Of a stretch of DNA of 64,000 bases, positions 38,942-52,955 are shown piece after piece; the stretch's first letter is position 1; each line of letters starts with the position of its first letter. Origin of the DNA: an uncultured Acidobacteriota bacterium (GTDB lineage: Bacteria; Acidobacteriota; Blastocatellia; RBC074); the NCBI GenBank assembly GCA_963796275.1, contig CAWCKY010000001.1, forward strand, positions 416,001 to 480,000, in the 5' to 3' direction. A program made the translations under genes and the position numbers. The notes beneath the pieces were generated by a model. That model saw only the letters and a program-made list of their open reading frames with translations, did no database searches and had not been told where the DNA came from.

Positions 38942-39709
38942 ATGGTTATTCGTAAATCACGCAATGAAATTGAGAAGATGCGACTTGCCGGGTTGGTGGT
39001 GGCCGAAACGCTGCGCGAGCTGCGAAAGATGATCGAGCCCGGTATCACGACACGCGAACTCGATGCTTTTGCGGAGAAGCGGATTCGATCAACGGGAGCT
39101 TATCCGACCTTCAAAGGCTATCGCGGGTTTCCCGCTTCGATCTGCGCATCGGTAAACGATGAGGTCGTTCACGGTATTCCATCACAGCGCAAACTTCGCG
39201 AAGGCGATATCATCAAGATTGATTGCGGCGCAACTCTCAATGGATATGTGGGTGATGCCGCGATCACGGTGGGTGTGGGCCGCATTTCGCCGGAGATCGA
39301 GAACCTCATGCAGATAACCCGCGAGTCGCTCTTCCAGGCTGTGGAGAAGATGGTTCCTGGGAACCGCCTCTACGATGTCTCTTACGCTGTGCAGGAATAT
39401 GTCGAAACGCGGGGTTATACAGTGGTCCGCGAATTTTGCGGTCACGGGATAGGCCAGAAGATGCACGAAGACCCGCAGGTCCCCAATTATGGCCGTCCGG
39501 GCACGGGGCCGAAGCTGAAAGAAGGCTGGGTTCTGGCGGTAGAACCGATGGTCAACGCCGGAACGCACGATGTACATATTCTTCCCGACGGATGGACCGT
39601 GAAGACCAAAGACGGAAAAGCCTCATCGCATTTCGAGCATACAATCGCGGTCACCGAAAATGGCCCGCAGGTTCTGACCGCGTTGGAGGATGGGGCTCTT
39701 CACCTTTAA
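38942..39709 (+). CDS. map: Methionine aminopeptidase type I
   Basis: [32 protein letters not shown]. Confidence 0.98.
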   Translation: MVIRKSRNEIEKMRLAGLVVAETLRELRKMIEPGITTRELDAFAEKRIRSTGAYPTFKGYRGFPASICASVNDEVVHGIPSQRKLREGDIIKIDCGATLNGYVGDAAITVGVGRISPEIENLMQITRESLFQAVEKMVPGNRLYDVSYAVQEYVETRGYTVVREFCGHGIGQKMHEDPQVPNYGRPGTGPKLKEGWVLAVEPMVNAGTHDVHILPDGWTVKTKDGKASSHFEHTIAVTENGPQVLTALEDGALHL

Positions 39710-39713
39710 TAGG

Positions 39714-39741
39714 TTGCAAAATAAGCATTAAGGGCTATAAT
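39714..39741 (+). promoter_or_regulatory. Internal sigma70 promoter for the infA-alpha operon
   Basis: TTGCAA-16 nt-TATAAT. Confidence 0.6.
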
Positions 39742-39788
39742 GCTAGTTTCGCAATTTAGTAGTTCACATATAAAATTTATAAGAGGGT

Positions 39789-40007
39789 ATGTCAAAAGAA
39801 GATGCCATTGAGGTACAAGCGACAGTACTTGAGACGCTGCCCAATGCGATGTTTAAAGTCGAATTGGATAATAAGCATCAGGTTTTAGCGCACATCTCAG
39901 GGCGAATGCGAAAGAACTTCATAAAGATTCTGCCGGGCGACAAGGTATTGGTAGAACTCTCACCTTACGATTTGACGCGTGGCAGAATAGTTTATCGGTT
40001 TAAGTAG
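39789..40007 (+). CDS. infA: Translation initiation factor IF-1
   Basis: [25 protein letters not shown]. Confidence 0.99.
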   Translation: MSKEDAIEVQATVLETLPNAMFKVELDNKHQVLAHISGRMRKNFIKILPGDKVLVELSPYDLTRGRIVYRFK

Positions 40008-40058
40008 TTCCGCAAATTCCCTTCACAACGCTGCCCTCTAGACCAGGCGAGTATAGAT

Positions 40059-40172
40059 ATGAAAGTTAGAGCATCTGTAAAAAAAATCTGCGACAAGTGC
40101 AAGATCATACACCGCCACGGCGTAGTTCGCATCATCTGCGTGAACCCGAAGCACAAACAGAGGCAGGGATAA
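40059..40172 (+). CDS. rpmJ: 50S ribosomal protein L36 (absent from ORF track)
   Basis: Manual translation [37 protein letters not shown]. Confidence 0.98.
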   Translation: MKVRASVKKICDKCKIIHRHGVVRIICVNPKHKQRQG

Positions 40173-40272
40173 GCAGAGGCAGGGATAATACGATGGCGAA
40201 ATGCGGATATGGATGCGGATATATGGGACCTCCTTTTAATCCGCTTGCCACAATCAATAACGGAGGAGATAG

Positions 40273-40656
40273 ATGGCTCGTGTAGCAGGGGTAGACCTAC
40301 CACCGCAAAAGCGCGCGCAAATAGGTTTGACATATATTTACGGCATCGGCAAATCGCGCGCGACCAGCATTCTCAACGAAGCAAAAGTCGATTACAACAA
40401 GAAGGTCCGGGAACTGAGTGAAGATGAACTCAACCGCATCCGCGCTATAGTCGACCAGCAGGGCAGTATCGAGGGCGACCTGCGAAAGCAGATCCAGCTC
40501 GACATCAAGCGTTTAATGGATATCGGCTGCTACCGTGGGTTGCGCCACCGCAGAGGACTTCCGGTCCGCGGGCAACGCACACACACCAATGCGCGCACGC
40601 GCAAAGGCCCGCGCCGCGCCACGATCGCGAAGAAGAAAGCTCCGGGTAAGAAGTAA
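40273..40656 (+). CDS. rpsM: 30S ribosomal protein S13
   Basis: [31 protein letters not shown]. Confidence 0.99.
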   Translation: MARVAGVDLPPQKRAQIGLTYIYGIGKSRATSILNEAKVDYNKKVRELSEDELNRIRAIVDQQGSIEGDLRKQIQLDIKRLMDIGCYRGLRHRRGLPVRGQRTHTNARTRKGPRRATIAKKKAPGKK

Positions 40657-40660
40657 GAAA

Positions 40661-40759
40661 AGGTTTCAGTTTTCAGTTTTAGGTTTTAGTTTTTCTTCTC
40701 AAAAAACTGAAAACCGAAAACTGAGAACTGAAGACCTAAGACTGAAAACTGAAAACTGA
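40661..40759. repeat. TTTTCAG/CTGAAAA heptamer hairpin between rpsM and rpsK
   Basis: About 4 left units and 7 right units (actgaaa accgaaa actgaga actgaag acctaag actgaaa actgaaa). Confidence 0.88.
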
Positions 40760-40762
40760 TTT

Positions 40763-41170
40763 ATGGCAAAACAACAACAGTCCTCGACAAAAAAGAAAGT
40801 ATTCAAGAAGAAAGAGAAGAAGGTCGTCCCTCAGGGTGTCATTCACATCCAGGCGACTTTCAATAATACGCTGATCAGCATCACCGATCTGGAAGGCAAA
40901 CTGGTGTCGCAATGTTCGGCTGGCGCGATGGGGTTCCGCGGATCGCGCAAGGGCACGCCGTTCGCGGCGCAACAGGCGGCGAGCAAAGCTGCGGCCGGGG
41001 CACGCGATTGCGGGATGAGGAGTTGTGAAGTGCGGGTCAAAGGGCCGGGCTCCGGGCGCGAATCGGCCATCCGCGCTATTCAGTCCGCAGGGATCGATGT
41101 CAAAATAATCCGCGATGTCACACCGATTCCTCATAATGGATGCCGACCGCCCAAGCGTCGTAGAGTTTAG
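40763..41170 (+). CDS. rpsK: 30S ribosomal protein S11
   Basis: [28 protein letters not shown]. Confidence 0.99.
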   Translation: MAKQQQSSTKKKVFKKKEKKVVPQGVIHIQATFNNTLISITDLEGKLVSQCSAGAMGFRGSRKGTPFAAQQAASKAAAGARDCGMRSCEVRVKGPGSGRESAIRAIQSAGIDVKIIRDVTPIPHNGCRPPKRRRV

Positions 41171-41188
41171 AAAATGGAGGAATAAAGA

Positions 41189-41824
41189 GTGGCAAGAGAT
41201 AGAGGTAAACAATGTCGTTTCTGCCGGCGCGAGGGGATGAAGCTCTACCTCAAAGGCGAGAAATGTTATAAGCCTTCGTGCCCGATTGAGAAGCGGGGGA
41301 CCAATCCGCCCGGCCAGCACGGCCCCAACGCAAAGCGCAAACCTATCGGATACGGCGAGCAGTTGCGCGAGAAACAACGCGTCAAACGCATCTACAACCT
41401 GCTCGAGACGCAGTTCCGCAACTATTTCGAGAAGGCGGCTCGCCAGAAGGGTGTTACGGGTGAAATCCTTCTCTCGCTTCTGGAGCGCCGTCTGGACAAT
41501 GTTATCTACCGTCTGGGGTTCGCCATGTCCCGCCGCCAGGCGCGCCAGTTTGTTCGTCACGGTCATGTCAGCGTCAACGGTAAGAAGGTCGACATCCCCT
41601 CATTCCAGGTCAGGATCGGGGATGAAATTTCCGTCCGCGAGAAGAGCATGAATAATGCTCATATCCAGGGAGCCTTCCAAACCTCCGGCGGCCGCGGCCG
41701 CCCCACATGGCTCGAGATCGTCAATCCGGACAAGCTCGTCGGTCGTGTCATCGCGCAGCCGCGACGCGAGGATATCGATCAAAATATCAACGAACAGCTG
41801 ATCGTCGAGTTGTACAGCAAGTAG
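41189..41824 (+). CDS. rpsD: 30S ribosomal protein S4 (zinc-binding form)
   Basis: CRFCRRE..KC....[24 protein letters not shown]. Confidence 0.99.
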   Translation: MARDRGKQCRFCRREGMKLYLKGEKCYKPSCPIEKRGTNPPGQHGPNAKRKPIGYGEQLREKQRVKRIYNLLETQFRNYFEKAARQKGVTGEILLSLLERRLDNVIYRLGFAMSRRQARQFVRHGHVSVNGKKVDIPSFQVRIGDEISVREKSMNNAHIQGAFQTSGGRGRPTWLEIVNPDKLVGRVIAQPRREDIDQNINEQLIVELYSK

Positions 41825-41896
41825 TTGTACCCATGGATCAGCAATCTGTGAGGTGCAAAATTGATTGGCATAGATAAAGTCAAAGTTGGGAGAGAA

Positions 41897-42895
41897 ATGG
41901 TAGCTACCACGTGGACCGGATTCCAGAAACCGAAGCGTCTGTCATGCGAAACCATGACCGATCGCTATGGGCGCTTTTCCGCCCAGCCCTTCGAGCGCGG
42001 TTTCGGTACGACGATTGGCAATAGCCTGCGCCGCGCCCTGCTCTCATCAATCGAGGGGGCAGCGATAACCGCCGTGCGTATCGAGGGTGTGTTGCACGAG
42101 TTCTCCTCAATCCCCGGTGTGGTTGAGGATGCGACTGACATAATTCTCAATCTCAAACAAATCCCCTTCAAGCTCCACTCAGGCGAAACGAAAACCCTGC
42201 GCGTTTCACGTTCCGAACAGGGAGAAATGAAATCAGGCGATATCGAGGCGGATAGTGACGTAGAGGTGCTCGATCCGAATATCCATATCGCGACGGTGAG
42301 TGAGGGGGGGAACCTCAATGTCGAGCTGCGTCTCAAGCGAGGACGCGGTTATATTTCGGCAGACCGCAACTTCGACGATGACCTGCCGGTCGGTTATATC
42401 CCGGTGGATTCCGTTCATTCGCCGATTAAAAAGGTCAATTTTCAGGTCGAAGCCGCTCGTCTGGGACAGGATACCGATTACGACAAGCTTCTGCTCGAGG
42501 TATGGACCAACGGCAGCGTGACGCCGGAACACGCCATAGGTCTGGCCGCCAAACTGATCAAAGATCATATGGCGATCTTCATCAACTTTGAAGAAGACGT
42601 ACAAGAGCAGCCCGAGCCGGTCGTGCAAAAAACGCTTGCGCCGGCCAACGAGCATCTCGATAAATCGGTCGACGAACTTGAGCTTTCAGTCCGCTCATAT
42701 AACTGTTTAAAGAACTCTGACATCAAGACGATCCGCGATCTGGTTCAGAAGAGCGAAGCCGAGATGCTCAAGACCAAAAACTTCGGGCGCAAGTCGCTCA
42801 ACGAAATCAAGGATATCCTGACGACGATGGGGCTGAGCCTTGGGATGAAGTTCGACGAGCACGGCAATCTGGTAAAAGGCCCCGAACAGGAATGA
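41897..42895 (+). CDS. rpoA: RNA polymerase subunit alpha
   Basis: [42 protein letters not shown]. Confidence 0.99.
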   Translation: MVATTWTGFQKPKRLSCETMTDRYGRFSAQPFERGFGTTIGNSLRRALLSSIEGAAITAVRIEGVLHEFSSIPGVVEDATDIILNLKQIPFKLHSGETKTLRVSRSEQGEMKSGDIEADSDVEVLDPNIHIATVSEGGNLNVELRLKRGRGYISADRNFDDDLPVGYIPVDSVHSPIKKVNFQVEAARLGQDTDYDKLLLEVWTNGSVTPEHAIGLAAKLIKDHMAIFINFEEDVQEQPEPVVQKTLAPANEHLDKSVDELELSVRSYNCLKNSDIKTIRDLVQKSEAEMLKTKNFGRKSLNEIKDILTTMGLSLGMKFDEHGNLVKGPEQE

Positions 42896-42898
42896 GAT

Positions 42899-43015
42899 CG
42901 GTAGTCGGGTGCCAGTTGCCGGTTATCGGTTCGTAATTAACGGGTCACGGTCAGTGAGCAACCACTACGAGCCATTGTTTGCGAACCGCCAACCGGCTCC
43001 CGGCTACCATCAACC
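42899..43015. repeat. CGGTTGT-type heptamer hairpin between rpoA and rplQ
   Basis: cggtagt cgggtgc cagttgc cggttat cggttcg ... cgaaccg ccaaccg gctcccg gctacca tcaacc. Confidence 0.75.
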
Positions 43016-43030
43016 ATTAGGAATAAAATC

Positions 43031-43534
43031 ATGAGACATCTTGTCGCACATCGGAAATTAGGCCGCACCTCCTCGCACAGGAAAGCGCTCTTGCGCAACC
43101 TGTGCACATCGCTGGTGCTGAGCGAAAGGATCATCACGACTCTGCCGAAGGCCAAAGAGTTGCGCCCGTTTGCCGAACGCGCAATCACGCTCGGACGCCG
43201 GGCGCGGGTTGCGCGCGAGTCGGGACAGGACGAGGTGGCGCTCCATGCTACGCGGCAAGCTGCTGCGTTCTTCTTCCCCGGTAACAGCGGTTATGGAAGC
43301 AAGCAGCACGATCAGAAAGCTCCACGAGTGGCAGGTGTCGCTGCGCTGCAAAAACTCACTGGCGAGCTGGCGGAACGATTCGCCGAGCGTCCCGGCGGTT
43401 ATACGCGCATCTATAAATTGGGCCCTCGCAAAGGAGACGGCGCCGAAATGGCATTGATCGAATTCATCGGCAGCGAAGCCAAGAATGTAGCCACAGATAA
43501 AGGCGAGAAGACAGATAAAGCGGCGAAGAAATAA
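43031..43534 (+). CDS. rplQ: 50S ribosomal protein L17 with insertions
   Basis: MRH..KLGRTSSHRKA, TTLPKAKELR, RPGGYTRI, RKGDGAEMALIE. Confidence 0.98.
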   Translation: MRHLVAHRKLGRTSSHRKALLRNLCTSLVLSERIITTLPKAKELRPFAERAITLGRRARVARESGQDEVALHATRQAAAFFFPGNSGYGSKQHDQKAPRVAGVAALQKLTGELAERFAERPGGYTRIYKLGPRKGDGAEMALIEFIGSEAKNVATDKGEKTDKAAKK

Positions 43535-43572
43535 GACTCCCAACAGGGAGGTGATTTCTCGCACAGGACATG

Positions 43573-43612
43573 AAAGCCTCAACCGTGCGAGGCATCACAC
43601 GGTTGAGGCTTT
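43573..43612 (+). terminator. Terminator of the alpha operon
   Basis: aaagcctcaaccgtg / cacggttgaggcttt stem. Confidence 0.85.
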
Positions 43613-43643
43613 AAATTTGTAGAGATGGAAACCATGGCAATCT

Positions 43644-44229
43644 ATGAAAAAACCCGTGCGTAGACCCAGGCACGCTTCGAACGAACGTGCTCATTCCATT
43701 GCGGTCGAAGATTCAATAAAAAATAACCCGGAGGCACTGCCGAGTCTGATCGAAATAAAAGAATCTCATCGAGCTCATCTCCGCCAAACAGTTCAATGAG
43801 TTCGAACTCCAGCGCGGCGATTTTTATATACGCGTCCAGATAGGTCAAAGCAGGATCGTGACCGAATTGAACCTACAGGGGCAGGGGATGAATTCTTCCA
43901 ACTCTCTTGCAGAAGGCAAGCCGTTCGTTCCCGTAGCGGTCACCCACCAGACTCTCGTCGCACCGCCTCCCGCCGTTCCCGAAGAGGAGAAACTACACAT
44001 TATCATTTCGCCTATAGTCGGCACTTTCTACCGCTCGCCGGACCCTTCGTCCGACCCGTTCGTCAAAATCGGTGAAGAAGTAGAAGCAGGACAAACGCTC
44101 TGCATCATCGAAGCGATGAAACTGATGAACGAGATACAATCCGATGCGAATGGAAAAATCGCCAAGGTATTTGTCGAGAACGGCCAACCGGTGGAATATG
44201 GACAGCAATTGTTCGGACTCAGAGTGTAG
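43644..44229 (+). CDS. accB: Acetyl-CoA carboxylase biotin carboxyl carrier protein; apparent +1 frameshift near 43757-43764
   Basis: SPIVGTFY and [11 protein letters not shown] (biotinylated Lys); N-terminal ..EIK/LIELI..EFEL..GDF is split across frames; start codon uncertain. Confidence 0.9.
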
Positions 44230-44239
44230 TTTTTATAGG

Positions 44240-44332
44240 AAACAATTAAGACAAAGGAGCGAAGGGGCAGAGGCAAAAGCGTGGAGTACTCTTTATTGCC
44301 TTTTGCCCTTTTTGCTTTTTATGTTTCCGTTT
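44240..44332. repeat. 9-bp-periodic A-rich/T-rich hairpin between accB and accC
   Basis: gacaaagga gcgaagggg cagaggcaa ... ttgccttt tgcccttt ttgctttt. Confidence 0.6.
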
Positions 44333-44343
44333 GCTAGTGGAAT

Positions 44344-45681
44344 ATGTTCAAAAAAATACTGATCGCCAATCGTGGTGAAATAGCATGCCGCGTCATTTGG
44401 GCTTGCCGTGAGCTTGGCATTCGAACCGTCGCCGTGCATTCCGAGGCAGACCGCGATGCGCTCCACGTGCGGTTCGCCGATGAGGCAGTGTGCATAGGTC
44501 CTGCTCCGTCTTCGAACAGTTACCTCAACATCCCACAAATAATCTCGGCCGCCGAAATCTATAACGTCGACGCGATCCATCCGGGCTATGGCTTCCTCTC
44601 GGAGAACCCTCACTTCGCCGAAGTCTGCCGAGAGTGCAACATCTCCTTCATCGGTCCATCGCCCGAAGTCATGCGGATGATGGGCGATAAATCCGAGGCG
44701 AAGCGGACGATGATCGCCGCGGGCGTACCCGTCACCCCCGGCAGCGAGGGTTTGCTTGTAAATGAAGCGGATGCAATCAAAGAGGCCGAGAAGATCACAT
44801 ATCCCGTTCTGATCAAGGCGACCGCTGGTGGCGGGGGCCGTGGAATGCGCATCGCCCATACCCGAGATGAGCTGATAAACGCCTACCGAACCGCTCGCTC
44901 GGAAGCCGAAGCTGCCTTCAAAAACAGCGGAGTATACCTGGAGAAGTATATCGAGAACCCGCGTCACATCGAGATTCAAGTGCTCGCCGATAACTATGGC
45001 AATGTGATCCATCTGGGCGAGCGCGAATGTTCGATACAACGCCGGCATCAAAAATTGATCGAGGAAGCGCCATCGTCCGCCGTCAGCTACGAACTGCGAC
45101 AGGAGATGGGTCGGGTCGCCGTCCGGGCGTGTCGGGAGGTAGGGTACAGCAATGCCGGCACGATTGAATTCCTGCTCGACGATAGAGGGCGATTTTATTT
45201 CATGGAAATGAATACCCGGATTCAGGTCGAACATCCGGTAACGGAATTTGTCACTCTGACTGATCTGGTTTCAGCTCAAATCCGCATCGCCGCCGGCGAG
45301 CATTTGGAATACACACAAGAGGAATTGATCTTCTCGGGACATTCGATGGAATGCCGCATCAATGCGGAAGATCCCGTCACCTTCACACCTAGTCCCGGAC
45401 GAATCACGGCACTCAATCTGCCGAGCGGCCCCGGCGTGCGGGTCGATACGGCGATTTACGATGGGTATTTCGTCCCGCCACACTACGATTCGTTGATCGC
45501 CAAAGTAATCGTTCACAGCCGCACCCGCGAACGCTCGATCGCGCGTATGCGCCGCGCGCTCGAATCGATGGTCGTCGAAGGAATAAAGACGACTGTCCCG
45601 TTGCACCTTCGGATTCTCAATGATCCCGATTTTATAGCCGGTAACATCACGACACGGTTTATGGACCGATTTTTGAAGTGA
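44344..45681 (+). CDS. accC: Biotin carboxylase
   Basis: [55 protein letters not shown]. Confidence 0.98.
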   Translation: MFKKILIANRGEIACRVIWACRELGIRTVAVHSEADRDALHVRFADEAVCIGPAPSSNSYLNIPQIISAAEIYNVDAIHPGYGFLSENPHFAEVCRECNISFIGPSPEVMRMMGDKSEAKRTMIAAGVPVTPGSEGLLVNEADAIKEAEKITYPVLIKATAGGGGRGMRIAHTRDELINAYRTARSEAEAAFKNSGVYLEKYIENPRHIEIQVLADNYGNVIHLGERECSIQRRHQKLIEEAPSSAVSYELRQEMGRVAVRACREVGYSNAGTIEFLLDDRGRFYFMEMNTRIQVEHPVTEFVTLTDLVSAQIRIAAGEHLEYTQEELIFSGHSMECRINAEDPVTFTPSPGRITALNLPSGPGVRVDTAIYDGYFVPPHYDSLIAKVIVHSRTRERSIARMRRALESMVVEGIKTTVPLHLRILNDPDFIAGNITTRFMDRFLK

Positions 45682-46086
45682 ATTTTCATAGCACGCCTCG
45701 AGAAAGTCTCTCGCATATTTAGGATCACTCCGATCTTGTGTATAGTGATGCACGGCTAGCTCACTTTGCGCGTTATTTTGAAATATATTCTGCAGCCGCA
45801 TCGCGGCATTTGATCATTACCCGGCCTTTCGAGGTAGTGTCATCGCTTTCAATGATCGGGAAAGCGTCGAAATAAACGACCGGTTGCAAATAGCAATGGT
45901 TGGGTCGGCACTCCCGATAGTCTTTCTCAATCGTCGCTCTGCGACCGGGCACCTGCCTTGAACTTTTCCGGAAATTGAAAGCATTGAGAACCGGGCCACG
46001 ATCAATCTTCGCAACGCGGTCGCCGCGCCACTGCAGGCTACGCGACTTAAACCACTTTTCCAACATATTTTGACGGGAGGATTTCG

Positions 46087-46977
46087 ATGAAACGAGGCAT
46101 TCTGTTTTCACTCTCAGTTATTCTCATCGCTGCACAAATTCTCACGACGGGCGAGGCGGAAATCCAGATCGAAAATGACCCGGACAAGAGAGAATGGCTT
46201 CAGCTCTTCAACGGCAAAGACCTCAAAGACTGGGATATCAAAATCTCCGGCTACGATATTAACGACAACTTCGGCCAGACTTTTCGGGTTGAGAATGGAG
46301 TGATGAAAGTAGCCTACGACAAATACGACGCATTTAATAACCGGTTCGGGCATATCTTTTATCGCGAGAAGTTTTCTCATTACATAATTGCGGTGGAATA
46401 CCGCTTCGTAGGCGAACAGGTCCCCGGGGGGCCGAACTGGGCGCTGAGAAATAGCGGGATTATGCTTCACTCCCAATCAGCCAAAAGCATGCTGAAGCAA
46501 CAGGACTTCCCGATCTCCATCGAGGTACAGTTGTTGGGCGGAACGGGAAAGGGCCCGCGGACTACCGCCAATCTATGCACACCCGGGACAAACGTCGTGA
46601 TGGGCGGAAAATTGATCACTCAACACTGTATCAATTCCAGCTCGAAGACCTACGATGGCGAGCAATGGGTCAGGGCCGAGGTAGAAGTGTTGGGCGACAC
46701 ACAGATAAAACACCTGCTGGAAGGCCAGGCAGTCCTGACATATGATAAACCGCAGATCGGCGACGGATCAGTCAGTAACTACGACGCGCAGGTCAAAAAG
46801 GATGGGACGTTGTTGAGCGAAGGCTATATCTCGCTGCAAAGCGAGAGCCATCCCGTCGAATTCCGCAAAGTAGAGCTGCTCAATCTGATGGGGTGCACCG
46901 ATAAGAAGGCATCAAATTACAAATCCTACTTCGTCAAATCCGACCCCTCAAAATGCAGGTACGATCGCAAGGACTGA
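46087..46977 (+). CDS. Secreted DUF1080 (3-keto-disaccharide hydrolase-like) protein
   Basis: Signal peptide; WLQLFNGKDL, NSGI, EVQL, GYISLQSESHPVEFR. Confidence 0.88.
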   Translation: MKRGILFSLSVILIAAQILTTGEAEIQIENDPDKREWLQLFNGKDLKDWDIKISGYDINDNFGQTFRVENGVMKVAYDKYDAFNNRFGHIFYREKFSHYIIAVEYRFVGEQVPGGPNWALRNSGIMLHSQSAKSMLKQQDFPISIEVQLLGGTGKGPRTTANLCTPGTNVVMGGKLITQHCINSSSKTYDGEQWVRAEVEVLGDTQIKHLLEGQAVLTYDKPQIGDGSVSNYDAQVKKDGTLLSEGYISLQSESHPVEFRKVELLNLMGCTDKKASNYKSYFVKSDPSKCRYDRKD

Positions 46978-46984
46978 CACCAAG

Positions 46985-48752
46985 ATGGATCTGACCAATA
47001 TTTTCCGCACTAAATCGATCGAGAAGCTTCAGGCAGACGTTCATGCCGGCTACGCCGAAAACGAGGGAGGGGCTGGCCTGCTCAAGCGCGCGCTCGGCGT
47101 GACAGACCTGACGCTGCTCGGCATCGCAGCTGTCATCGGGGCCGGCATCTTTTCCACTATCGGCAAAGCGGCAGCCAGCGGCGGTCCAGCCGTGTCGATG
47201 TTGTTCATCTTCACGGCGATCGCCTGCGCATTCGCGGCGCTCTGCTATGCAGAATTCGCCTCAATGATTCCCGTAGCCGGGTCGGCCTACACTTACGCTT
47301 ACGCTTCATTCGGCGAATTGATTGCCTGGATCATCGGCTGGGACCTGTTGATGGAATATGCCATCGGCAACATCGCAGTGGCTATTTCGTGGAGTGAATA
47401 TTTTACGACTCTCCTAGCCGGCTACGGCGTCAATCTGCCTGAATTCCTGACGATGGATTTCCTGACTGCTTCGCGCGGTTACTCTAAGGTCAGCGAACTG
47501 CTGCAGATCGGCAATACCCTTGATCAAATCAAAGAGATGGACGGAATGAGTGAATCCGTCGCCGCTTATCTCGCATGGATGAAAGCTCCGGTAATCGCCG
47601 GCTGGCATTTCGTCTGCGACCTGCCCGCACTTCTCATCACGTTTCTCATAACGGCGCTGGTCTATGTCGGCATCAAGGAATCTAAAGCCGCTTCCAATGT
47701 AATGGTGATCATCAAACTGGGAGTGATCATTCTCGTGATCGTCCTGGGCGCGTTCTATGTGAATCCTGCGAATTGGGATCCTTTCGCGCCAAATGGCATA
47801 GGAGGGGTACTGAAGGGCGTATCGGCGGTCTTCTTCGCATACATCGGCTTCGATGCTATCTCTACGACGGCCGAGGAATGCAAGGATCCGCAGCGCGATC
47901 TGCCGCGCGCAATGATCTATTCGCTGATCATCTGCACCGTGCTCTACGTTCTGATCTCGCTCGTATTGACGGGCATGGTCAATTACAAGAACCTGGGCGT
48001 CGCCGATCCGATGGCTTTCGTATTCGGCGCCGACGGCGCGAATCTCAATTGGATCAAAGGCATCATCGCCATCAGCGCGGTAATCGCAATGGCGACAGTC
48101 TTACTCGTGTTCCAACTGGGTCAACCGCGCATCTGGATGGCCATGAGCCGCGATGGGCTCTTACCCAGGATATTCTCGTCAATCCATCCGAGATTCAAAA
48201 CACCATGGTTCTCAACCATCGTCACCGGATTGTTCGTCGCAATCCCTTCTCTGTTTATGAACCTGACAGAGGTGACCGATCTGACGAGTATCGGCACGCT
48301 CTTCGCTTTCGTGCTCGTCTGCGGCGGCGTGCTGATCCTCGATCGCACAAATCAGGGCGCTGAGCGGCGATTCCGGGTCCCATACGTCAACTCTAAGTAC
48401 ATCATCCCAGCGCTCTTTCTTCTCATCTGCCTCTGGTTCATCTTCTTCAACAATGAAGCCGCTCGCTCAGTTCTTCAGCATGAGCGATCCCAACGAGCCA
48501 TCGCTCGGCGGTTGGGACGTGTTCAAACACAAGATACCCTTACTCATTTTCATGATCGTCTCACTGATCATCACGATCTGCTGCTTCACTCAAAATCTTT
48601 CTTTGATCCCCGTGCTCGGTCTTCTGACTTGCGGATATCTCATGACTGAACTCGGTTGGACCAACTGGGCGCGCTTCCTGATATGGCTGGTAGCCGGCTT
48701 GGCGCTCTATTTCGTCTATGGCATGAGGCACAGCAAGCTGGCTCAACGATGA
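46985..48752 (+). CDS. APC-family amino acid permease; apparent frameshift near 48455-48470
   Basis: IGAGIF, CYAEFAS.IPVAGSAY, FFAYIGFD, QPRI..MSRDGLLP; the last TM helices (..NWARFLIW..YG..HSKL) are in ORF 48453-48752. Confidence 0.9.
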
Positions 48753-48778
48753 CGTCAAGCGTGAGATGAAAATTTATC

Positions 48779-48807
48779 TTGACACATGTGTCGAAGAAGT
48801 TTATAAC
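48779..48807 (+). promoter_or_regulatory. Sigma70 promoter for the microprotein gene
   Basis: TTGACA-17 nt-TATAAC. Confidence 0.7.
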
Positions 48808-48900
48808 CTACATCTAGTATGTTAATTGCTCTAGACCACAAGGAATATTTCAACACTTCATCTTGTGGTCAGGCTATCAACCAGAGAAAGGAGAGACACT

Positions 48901-48981
48901 ATGCCAGCCAAGAAAGCTGCCAAGAAGGCGCCGGCAAAGAAGGCCGCCAAATCAACGAAGAAAGCCACGAAGAAGAAATAA
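48901..48981 (+). CDS. 26-aa Lys/Ala-rich histone-H1-tail-like microprotein (absent from ORF track)
   Basis: AAAGGAG RBS 7 nt before the ATG; MPAKKAAKKAPAKKAAKSTKKATKKK*; own promoter and terminator. Confidence 0.75.
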   Translation: MPAKKAAKKAPAKKAAKSTKKATKKK

Positions 48982-49039
48982 CTTTTCTCTCGTTTGCTTG
49001 ATTCAAGAACCCAAAAGCATTGATTGTCGAGACATAATA

Positions 49040-49063
49040 GGGGTGGGAAGCCGCCCCTTTTTT
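49040..49063 (+). terminator. Intrinsic terminator after the microprotein
   Basis: GGGGTGG-GAAG-CCGCCCC followed by T6. Confidence 0.8.
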
Positions 49064-49072
49064 ATTTCATGA

Positions 49073-49166
49073 AAAGGGCCACCAAATGCAGAAAGGGAGC
49101 ACAAAAAGCACTCAAGAAAATATTCGTGCTTTTTGTGTTCCCTTCTGGTTTTGTATTCCTTTTTTG
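49073..49166. repeat. 9-bp-periodic hairpin at the tRNA 3' end
   Basis: agaaagggagcacaaaaagcac ... gtgcttttt gtgttccct tctggtttt gtattcctt. Confidence 0.7.
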
Positions 49167-49168
49167 GC

Positions 49169-49244
<76 letters not shown>

Positions 49245-49299
49245 AGACGAACCCAAAGATACAACAGCGCCTGACGCCGGTCAACTGAAGATCACACTC

Positions 49300-49560
49300 T
49301 CATACGCTCGCGCGCCTCGCCACCATTCGATATATCCATAATAGAAGCAAAGCACCGAGGATCGACATCACCCATCTGGCTTGATAATAAGGGCCTCTCA
49401 TCAAGATAAGGCGGCCTATTACAGTTCCGATGAATGAACCTGCGATGCCGATCAACATTGTAACGAGAATTCCACCAGGGTCTCTTCCTGGCATAATCAA
49501 CTTGGCAATTGCCCCAACCGCAAGGCCGAAGAGCGCGGTCCAGAGTAGGTCCGACAACAT
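49300..49560 (-). CDS. GlsB/YeaQ/YmgE (transglycosylase-associated) membrane protein
   Basis: GLAVGAIAKLIMPGRDPGG..LIGIAGSFIG..SILGALLLL; AGGAGG RBS. Confidence 0.9.
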   Translation of the reverse strand: MLSDLLWTALFGLAVGAIAKLIMPGRDPGGILVTMLIGIAGSFIGTVIGRLILMRGPYYQARWVMSILGALLLLWIYRMVARRASV

Positions 49561-49672
49561 TTAAACGCCTCCTTACACTAAAACTGAACTATGGCCAGTT
49601 GGGAGTATAGGGAGGAAACTTCGGGATTTTACGTTCGCTTCCGAGGAGTGTCAATCAAGCAATCGATAAGTC

Positions 49673-52417
<2,745 letters not shown>

Positions 52418-52629
52418 TAGCTTTCTTTCCTGATTTCATGGTTGGTTGCATTGGTTAACGGAAAAATATCAGAGCAATATTGAATTCTAGTTGGAGGGTG
52501 AATGGGCGTCAAGCAAACCGGGCAGAGAGGGGCCTGAGGCAACTTTGACGGGCGTCCTCACGCTGTGGCACAATGCAATTTACCTCAAAGCCATACCCAA
52601 ATTCGAGATCAAATCTGGAGTTATAATCA

Positions 52630-52942
<313 letters not shown>

Positions 52943-52955
52943 TCCTTCCTCCTCA

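Noticed and set aside
40192-40285. Small peptide MAKCGYGCGYMG.. between rpmJ and rpsM
   Set aside because: The pattern arises from a short DNA duplication; weak RBS; overlaps the rpsM start out of frame
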